DNA of 64,000 nt, taken from NCBI GenBank assembly GCA_038845265.1, contig JAWBQR010000005.1, forward strand, positions 60,558 through 124,557, read 5' to 3'. The notes under the pieces are model-generated. The model was not told the origin of the DNA. It was given only the letters and a program-made list of their open reading frames with translations, and made no database searches. A program made the translations under genes and the position numbers. Positions 57,369 to 64,000 of this stretch are shown one piece after another (position 1 is the stretch's first letter; the number at the start of each line of letters is the position of its first letter). Source of the stretch: Nitrososphaerota archaeon. Its GTDB lineage: Archaea > Thermoproteota > Nitrososphaeria_A > Caldarchaeales > Calditenuaceae.

Positions 57369-58712
57369 GTGTTAGGCATGGTGGACATCGAGAGAGTCTC
57401 GAGGGATGCTATTAGGCTGGCCAAAAAGTCAGGAGCCACGGATGCGGTGCTAAGCTATTACTCGACAAAGACATACATGATTAGGTTCTCCAACAACGAG
57501 GTAACAGTCTCAAAACTCTTCATGGATGAGTCCGCCTACTTCTACGCGGCGATTAAGGAGAGGAGGGCAATATCCTCCACAAGCATTATCTCCTCAAAAT
57601 CTCTTAAGGAACTCGCCAACAATACTGTATCAGTTGCCAAGAACTCACCTCCAGCAGATGTCTACGCACCTCTACCGAGAGGGCCCTTCAGATATGATAG
57701 GAAACTACTCGATCAAACGCTCGGCAGAGTGAGTCATGAGAAGCTCATTGAGTGGGTTGAAGAAGCGATTAACGCCGCATTGAGCCAAGGAGCAAGGAGA
57801 GTGGCTGGATCGCTGATATTCACGAGGAGCTATAGATTCTTGATGACGTCTGAGAAGGTTGATGCAGAGAATAGAAAAGACACCCTCGAGATCTCGGTTA
57901 GGGCGTTCTTGGACGGAGAATCAAGCGGCCAATTTGTGGCAGCCGCAGGCTCAATCGATGATTTTAAGCCAGAACGTGTAGGCTCGACGGCGGGCGAGAT
58001 AGCTAGGATGGCTGATAAGCCTAGCTCGGGAGAGCCGGGAGTCTATGACGCAATACTAGGGCCGATGACTATGGCGAATATCTTGGAAGAAGTGGGAGAG
58101 ATGGCGTCGGCTTTTCATGTAGACTCTGGTTTATCATTTCTGAAGGATAAGATTGGTCAGAAGGTAGCCTCTGAGATCTTTACACTGATCGATGACCCGA
58201 CTATTCATGGTACATATGGCGCAGAACCATTCGACGACGAGGGACTCCCGACCAGAAAAAACACGATCATAGAGAATGGAGTGCTAAAAACATATCTCCA
58301 CAACTCTTATACTGCGAAGAAATTCAATACAGAAAGCACTTCAAATGCTGGATTACTGGTTCCATCTCCATTCAACTTGATAGTCGAGGGAGGAACAGAC
58401 TCCCTGAGCAGGCTCATATCGAAGCTTGACAGGGGCATACTAGTCACTAATGACTGGTACCTCAGGTATCGCGACACTACGAAAGGCGACTTCTCAACAA
58501 TTCCTAGAGATGGACTATTCCTAATAGTTAATGGAAGCATCGAAAGACCCATAAAGGAGCTAAGGATAAGCGATAACATACTCCATATGCTACAGAACAT
58601 GGAGTCCATGACTCATGAGAAATACTGGATAAAGTGGTGGGAAGTCGATACACCTGTAAAGGCTCCATACGCCCTAGTCAGAAACGTGAACTTCACAAAA
58701 TCAACAATTTAA
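57369..58712 (+). CDS. TldE/PmbA-family protein
   Basis: IRFSNNE, DDPT, PFDDEG.PT, IIENGVL; no HExxGH motif, so the non-catalytic subunit type. Confidence 0.88.
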   Translation: MLGMVDIERVSRDAIRLAKKSGATDAVLSYYSTKTYMIRFSNNEVTVSKLFMDESAYFYAAIKERRAISSTSIISSKSLKELANNTVSVAKNSPPADVYAPLPRGPFRYDRKLLDQTLGRVSHEKLIEWVEEAINAALSQGARRVAGSLIFTRSYRFLMTSEKVDAENRKDTLEISVRAFLDGESSGQFVAAAGSIDDFKPERVGSTAGEIARMADKPSSGEPGVYDAILGPMTMANILEEVGEMASAFHVDSGLSFLKDKIGQKVASEIFTLIDDPTIHGTYGAEPFDDEGLPTRKNTIIENGVLKTYLHNSYTAKKFNTESTSNAGLLVPSPFNLIVEGGTDSLSRLISKLDRGILVTNDWYLRYRDTTKGDFSTIPRDGLFLIVNGSIERPIKELRISDNILHMLQNMESMTHEKYWIKWWEVDTPVKAPYALVRNVNFTKSTI

Positions 58713-58747
58713 ATAATAATTTAAAAATTGCTGAGGAGCCAGCTCAT

Positions 58748-59254
58748 CTAGAATTTGTATCCTATCTTTCTCAAAAATTCTCGCCTATGCTTTATTTCTT
58801 CAGCGCCCTCTATTCCCTTCGATTTGTAGCCATCGATTACTCCAACGACTCCTCTGCCAATCCCACCATCACGCTGCTCAGCCTCAGCAACTATTACCGT
58901 CAGGGGATTAGCTGTTGCTGCCAGAACAGTGCAGACCTCTGGAACCTCCTTAAGTCTCCCCAAGACATTTATCGGATAGATGTTTCTCAGAATGATTAAG
59001 AATGTATGTCCACATCCTATTCTCAATAAATTCTCAGCGGCCAACTTCCTGAGCTCTTCATCCGTACCCTCATGCCTAATTAGGCATGGCCCGCTGGCCT
59101 CCGCGAAAGCGACCCCAAACTTCGCTCCCGGAGCCGAGTTGACAACCGCCTCATACAAGTCCTCAACACTCTTGATGAAGTGAGTGATTCCGAAGACGAC
59201 GTTGCAGCCCTCAGGAAACTCAACCCTCACTAACTCAAACCTAATTTCACACAT
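58748..59254 (-). CDS. Adenosine-specific kinase family (DUF355)
   Basis: HFIKSVEDLYE, FAEASGPCL, GHTF, ATANP, GRGVVGVIDG, IGYK. Confidence 0.9.
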   Translation of the reverse strand: MCEIRFELVRVEFPEGCNVVFGITHFIKSVEDLYEAVVNSAPGAKFGVAFAEASGPCLIRHEGTDEELRKLAAENLLRIGCGHTFLIILRNIYPINVLGRLKEVPEVCTVLAATANPLTVIVAEAEQRDGGIGRGVVGVIDGYKSKGIEGAEEIKHRREFLRKIGYKF

Positions 59255-59367
59255 TTCAAATTATAGCGAAGCAACGGAGATAAATAATTTTTCATCGCTA
59301 CTAAATGGAAGCATTTTCCAAAAAACTTATATCACGTTCCATTTGGTGTTATTGGACAGGTTGATGA

Positions 59368-60138
59368 ATGATGGGACGTCTGGACAATAGAGTAAGCATC
59401 ATAACGGGTGCATCAAGAGGGATAGGCAGAGCGATCGCTCTCGAGATGGCTAAGGAAGGAGCGAGGATAGTTGGTAACGCGACATCCATGAGTAGCCTAG
59501 CAGGCTTAGAAAAAGAGCTCGGCGAACTGGGGGCTGACTACGTGATGATTCCGGCAGACCTCTCATCAGCGGATGGATGCCTCAAGCTGATAAGAGCGGC
59601 CGCTGAATCCATGGGCAGGATCGATGTACTTGTGAATAATGCGGGGATAAACATAGTTAGAAATCTTGAAGCTATAACCCTTGAGGAGTGGGAGTCAGTC
59701 ATTAACGTGAACCTCAGAGCACCATTCCTCTGCTCAAAATATGCATCAGAGCTCATGAAGAGCCAAAGATACGGGAGGATAATCAATCTAGCCTCGATAG
59801 CCTCCTTCGTGAGCATGCCTGGAAGATCTGCATACAACTCATCTAAGGCAGGAATCCTCGGATTGACCAGGACGCTCGCAATAGAGCTCGCTCCATATGG
59901 AATTACCGTCAACGCCATAGCTCCAGGACTAATCGAGACAGAAATGCTCAGACAGAGGATAGCAGAGGGCTCGCTCAAGCTAGAGACATCGCTCAGACGG
60001 ATACCTCTCGGGAGGCTGGGCAGACCCGGAGAGGTGGCCAAAGTAGCAGTCTTCCTCGCAAGCGAAGACTCATCCTACATCACTGGGCAAGTAATAGTTG
60101 TTGACGGCGGATTCCTTGCGCTTGCTATGCCTCTTTAG
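59368..60138 (+). CDS. SDR-family oxidoreductase (FabG-like)
   Basis: TGASRGIG, NNAG, YNSSK, VDGG. Confidence 0.92.
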   Translation: MMGRLDNRVSIITGASRGIGRAIALEMAKEGARIVGNATSMSSLAGLEKELGELGADYVMIPADLSSADGCLKLIRAAAESMGRIDVLVNNAGINIVRNLEAITLEEWESVINVNLRAPFLCSKYASELMKSQRYGRIINLASIASFVSMPGRSAYNSSKAGILGLTRTLAIELAPYGITVNAIAPGLIETEMLRQRIAEGSLKLETSLRRIPLGRLGRPGEVAKVAVFLASEDSSYITGQVIVVDGGFLALAMPL

Positions 60139-60144
60139 GACTAC

Positions 60145-61086
60145 TTATCCCTGCTCTCCCAGCCTAACCGGTACCTCCCTGACGCCGTAGTATGAAAGTA
60201 CTCCAAGCTTGACAACCCTGCCTGGCTTCATCTTCTCGATCCTTGCTTTTAGATCCTCCATGCCGCTGATTTCCTCTCCGTCGATGCTTGTTATTATGTC
60301 GCCCCTCAATATTCTGGCCTCCTCTGCAGGCGATTCTGGGGCTACATCGACTACTAGTGCTCCACCGCTGACTGGTAGTCCATAGTATTCTGATAACTGC
60401 GGCGAGATTGTCACTCCGTATATTCCTAGCCAAGGCTTGACTACGTGTCCATATTTTAGGAGTTGTTCGAGGGCGTCCTTCACGATGTTTATCGGAATCG
60501 CGAAGCCTATGCCCTGTGCGTACGGTATGATTGCGGTGCTTATCCCTATGACTTCTCCGTCGGTGTTGAGTATCGGTCCGCCGCTGTTTCCCGGATTTAT
60601 GGGCGCGTCTGTCTGTATGAGGTCCTCTATGTATCCTGCCTCTGTCTTTATCTTTCGCTTGACCGCGCTTATTACGCCTACCGTGACTGTTGGTCCTCCT
60701 AGCATGAATCCGAATGGATTTCCAATCACGATCGCTATCTGTCCTACTTTCAGCTTGTCTGAGTCTCCTAGCCTTGCTGGTTTTAGGTTGTCTGCGTCTA
60801 TCCTTAGTAGGGCTACGTCGTATGATGGGTCGCCTCCGAGATACTCGGCGTCGAATCTCTCGCCCTTGCTAAGTATTACCTGTATCTTCCTAGATCTGCC
60901 GACTACGTGGTAGTTTGTGACTATGTGGCCGTCCTTGCTGATTATGAGTCCTGAACCCATGCCCTCCACTGGGAGAGGCCTGAAGACGTAGTCGTGGAAT
61001 ATCTTGACTGTGGATACGCTTACAACACTCGGCGTAACTTCCTCCACTGTCCTTGTGATTGCATCCTCAAGTCCTGTTAGTGGCAT
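60145..61086 (-). CDS. HtrA/DegP-like serine protease with one PDZ domain
   Basis: GSG, TNYHVV, DVAL, IQTDAPINPGNSGGP, PDZ (WLGI, SPA, GDII). Confidence 0.92.
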   Translation of the reverse strand: MPLTGLEDAITRTVEEVTPSVVSVSTVKIFHDYVFRPLPVEGMGSGLIISKDGHIVTNYHVVGRSRKIQVILSKGERFDAEYLGGDPSYDVALLRIDADNLKPARLGDSDKLKVGQIAIVIGNPFGFMLGGPTVTVGVISAVKRKIKTEAGYIEDLIQTDAPINPGNSGGPILNTDGEVIGISTAIIPYAQGIGFAIPINIVKDALEQLLKYGHVVKPWLGIYGVTISPQLSEYYGLPVSGGALVVDVAPESPAEEARILRGDIITSIDGEEISGMEDLKARIEKMKPGRVVKLGVLSYYGVREVPVRLGEQG

Positions 61087-61177
61087 AAATAGAGATGCTC
61101 AACCCCATTATTTAAGAGCCTCGCCATGCACCGCAGTTGAAATATTAATGATTAATTGTTGGCATGATTCTTAATTA

Positions 61178-61954
61178 TTGCTGATTATGGTGTCGAGGAG
61201 GAGTATCCTTAGAATCTTGATGAATAGGAGGTCGATCAGGTTCTTTAAGGAGGGCAGGATAAGCCCCTCGGTTGTTAGACTCATGGTCGAGGCGGGACAG
61301 AGGGCTCCCTGTTCTTTTCAGTCCTACAGCGTCATACTCATCGATGATAAAGAAATTAGGGAGAGGCTCGCCGAGCTCACTGATGATCAGCTCTTCGTCA
61401 AGTCTCCATTGCTGCTGCTTATATGCATTGACTTTAGGAGGACGACGTTCATGTTTGATATTCTCGGCGAGAGGCATGTCTTGAGAAGCGATAAGCACCC
61501 AGTAGAGACTGTCGAGGCGATATTTGAGGCAGGTCTCTTCGTTGAGAATATCGTGATCGCTGCAGAGGCGCTGGGGTTTGGCTCGGTCATGCTTGACTAT
61601 GCCTTATGGATGAGCAGGGAGGTCTCTACGATGCTTAGACTACCTAGGGGAGTGGTGCCTCTTATGTTTCTCTGCATAGGCGTCCCGGCGGAGAATCCTC
61701 CCCTCAGGCCTAGGCTGCCCCTAGACATGGTTCTCCACATCAATAATTACAGGGAGCCAAGCATCGATGAGCTGAAAAGATACATCGAGGAGGCTACGAA
61801 GAAACTCGCAAAAGAGAACTACCTTCAGAAATACGCGAATGTCAATAAGACATACTCGGAGTACCTCTTGGATAAGATAAGCGTCGATAAGCAGGTAGAG
61901 AAACTGAACTCAGCAATTTCAAGCTTCCTAAACTCCAACGGCATAAAGGTATAG
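61178..61954 (+). CDS. Nitroreductase family protein (NfsA/Frp-like)
   Basis: RRSIRFF, QRAP, AAEALG.G, LRPRLP. Confidence 0.88.
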   Translation: MLIMVSRRSILRILMNRRSIRFFKEGRISPSVVRLMVEAGQRAPCSFQSYSVILIDDKEIRERLAELTDDQLFVKSPLLLLICIDFRRTTFMFDILGERHVLRSDKHPVETVEAIFEAGLFVENIVIAAEALGFGSVMLDYALWMSREVSTMLRLPRGVVPLMFLCIGVPAENPPLRPRLPLDMVLHINNYREPSIDELKRYIEEATKKLAKENYLQKYANVNKTYSEYLLDKISVDKQVEKLNSAISSFLNSNGIKV

Positions 61955-61993
61955 AGCTAAAACATAAGAGACATAATTATAAATTAGTAATTA

Positions 61994-63064
61994 TTGAATA
62001 TCTACGTGGAGCTGGATAAAGAGCTAAACAGATACGTGGAGATTGTAAACAACGCTTTGGTCAAGCACTTCCCAAAAGAAGTCTCAAGGGAGTACCTATC
62101 AAGAATCACGAATCTGAGGGACGCAGTATTTGATGAGACTGCGATTAACGAGTCTATCTTCAAGCCTGCATGGGACCTCCTCTCGAGGGGCGGGAAGAGG
62201 TGGCGCCCAGTCATAATGCTGCTCACATACGAGGCGCTGGGCGGAGAGCCAGAGGAGATCGCCGACCTCACCATAATATCTGAACTAATCCATAACGGCA
62301 CACTTGCCGTCGATGACGTTGAGGATGACAGCGACCTGAGACGCGGGAAGCCATGCATCCATAAGATATACGGAGTCGATATAGCGATAAACATGGGGAA
62401 CACACTTTACTTCCTACCGCTGGTCTACTTAATGCGGATTGGAAAATTTAAACCAGACATAATTAACGAATTGACCAAGATTTACTTAGAGGAGATGCTC
62501 AACCTCAGCCTCGGCCAAGCGCTTGACATTGCATGGCACAGATCAGTATCAGAGGCAGTCACTGAGGAGATGTATCTTACAATGTGTAGACTCAAAACTG
62601 GCTCATTAGCTAGACTCTCAGCTAGAATGGCATGCAGGCTTGCCAATCTCTCTCCAAGCCAAGAGGAGAAGGTCTCGAACTTCTCAGACGCAGTAGCTGT
62701 CGCGTTCCAGATCCAGGACGACATACTGAACATTGCCGGCGATGAGGCTCTCTATGGAAAAGAGATTGGAGGAGACATAAAGGAGGGAAAGAGAACACTC
62801 ATGGTGATATATGCATTGAGGACGCTTCAGAAAAGTGATGCAGACCGACTCAGCGAAATCCTGCGAATGAGAACAAGCGATCCAGAACTAATCAAGGAGG
62901 CAATCAACATCATCAAGAAGTCAGGGGCAGTAAAATACGCCGAGGAAAAAGCGAGACAACTCGTAACAGAGGCCTGGCTAAATGTGGAGGACATATTCAT
63001 AGAGGGAAAGGCAAAACAGCTCCTCAAAGGACTCACAGAATTCCTAATAACGAGAAAGTTCTAG
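61994..63064 (+). CDS. Trans-polyprenyl diphosphate synthase
   Basis: GGKRWRP, FARM HNGTLAVDDVED..RRG, GQALD, KT, SARM FQIQDD, DIKEGK. Confidence 0.9.
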   Translation: MNIYVELDKELNRYVEIVNNALVKHFPKEVSREYLSRITNLRDAVFDETAINESIFKPAWDLLSRGGKRWRPVIMLLTYEALGGEPEEIADLTIISELIHNGTLAVDDVEDDSDLRRGKPCIHKIYGVDIAINMGNTLYFLPLVYLMRIGKFKPDIINELTKIYLEEMLNLSLGQALDIAWHRSVSEAVTEEMYLTMCRLKTGSLARLSARMACRLANLSPSQEEKVSNFSDAVAVAFQIQDDILNIAGDEALYGKEIGGDIKEGKRTLMVIYALRTLQKSDADRLSEILRMRTSDPELIKEAINIIKKSGAVKYAEEKARQLVTEAWLNVEDIFIEGKAKQLLKGLTEFLITRKF

Positions 63065-63266
63065 CAAACCTATAAGCGCTCCTACTAAAAATATCTATAA
63101 TAAATGATTTTCGTGAAAAGCGTTTAGGTGAATACTTGATAGAACGAATCGAGTCGATTATCTTATCGAGAATCTCAGATAATAAAAGATTCAAGCCAAA
63201 CTAATCCGTTGCCATTAAAAATCTTAAATATATATTGGTGAGAGGTTTAATAAAGTCAGGAATACC

Positions 63267-63806
63267 ATGACTTATGAATATAGACATGGAGTCATCAGTG
63301 GGCCAACAGTCCTCACAATCGCGGCGATATTATTAATCACTTCCGCCTACCTCTACCTTGCCTTCACAACCAGGACGCCAACATATGAGGAGTTAATCTC
63401 TAGAAGCATAGTAGTACCAGCAGAAGACACGACTAGCATAGAGGTCAAAAATCTTGAGAAGGAAAAACAATACGAGATAACCGTCTGGATATCGCATTAT
63501 TTATCTGAGAGGCCAACCAAAGAGTTCCAAGTAACTCTCTCAGACCATCAGGGCAAAATCGTTGAAACAACAGTTACCAATTCATTTGCTTGGACCATTG
63601 ACACCATAAACGGGACACTCACGATAGCAGTAAAAAATCCGTCAGAAGAATCCCTCACACTTACAATACGAGTAGTAGACGTTACAAGAGTCGAGAGAAG
63701 ACCATTCGAACAACTCTCTCAATGGTTAGCCCTAATAACCATACCAATAATAATTCTCGGCATATATCTACTACGCTACAAAAAGAGCAATGCAACAAAA
63801 TTTTAA
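63267..63806 (+). CDS. Hypothetical membrane protein (two terminal TM helices flanking a beta-rich loop)
   Basis: Hydrophobic segments at both ends; Thr/Val-rich central region. Confidence 0.7.
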   Translation: MTYEYRHGVISGPTVLTIAAILLITSAYLYLAFTTRTPTYEELISRSIVVPAEDTTSIEVKNLEKEKQYEITVWISHYLSERPTKEFQVTLSDHQGKIVETTVTNSFAWTIDTINGTLTIAVKNPSEESLTLTIRVVDVTRVERRPFEQLSQWLALITIPIIILGIYLLRYKKSNATKF

Positions 63807-63856
63807 AAAATCTTATAATAAAAACTAAAATATTAAAAATTAATTATCTACTCAAT

Positions 63857-64000
63857 ATGAGTAAAAGAGCTCACTTATTCCTAATTGCATTAATTGGATT
63901 TGCTGAATCTATTACTCATTTTGGAGCCATAACTTCTGCCGATAGCATACAGTATTTCAACGTTACTAGATTTTTATTAGGAATACAAATTAATAATTGG
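63857..64000 (+). CDS. 5' part of an AT-rich membrane-protein ORF running off the window
   Basis: MSKRAHLFLIALIGFAESITHFGAITSADSIQYFNVTRFLLG..., open to the window end. Confidence 0.5.
   Translation, partial: MSKRAHLFLIALIGFAESITHFGAITSADSIQYFNVTRFLLGIQINNW

Noticed and set aside
1-64000. CRISPR array or IS element
   Set aside because: No regularly spaced direct repeats, cas genes, transposase motifs or terminal inverted repeats seen by eye

Overview
Gene-dense chromosomal segment of a TACK-type archaeon. Evidence: ribosomal protein S30e, a 5S rRNA not linked to 16S/23S, GatDE, Nop5/fibrillarin, Kae1-Bud32, Dph2 and an intron-containing tRNA-Trp. The gene mix is suggestive of Aigarchaeota/Caldarchaeales, but that placement is inference. 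The window is mostly housekeeping: RNA modification and translation, a four-subunit 2-oxoacid:ferredoxin oxidoreductase operon, lactate-utilisation LUD proteins, an ADP-forming acyl-CoA synthetase, isoprenoid/quinone genes and transporters. I saw no CRISPR array, transposase or integrase. Elements missed by the ORF track: a box C/D guide sRNA (41103-41159) whose guides match a conserved 23S rRNA segment and a tRNA-CAU anticodon arm, rps30e, three microproteins, a GT2 gene remnant, and an array of TTCnnGAA-like palindromes. The best candidates for uncharacterised systems are (i) a translationally coupled N4/N6 DNA methyltransferase plus an unknown winged-helix-like protein (16.4-18.7 kb) and (ii) a cluster of two paralogous Pol-beta-type nucleotidyltransferases with an atypical kinase, an EamA protein and a methyltransferase (52.5-57.3 kb). 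All family calls come from motif recognition by eye; no database searches were run.
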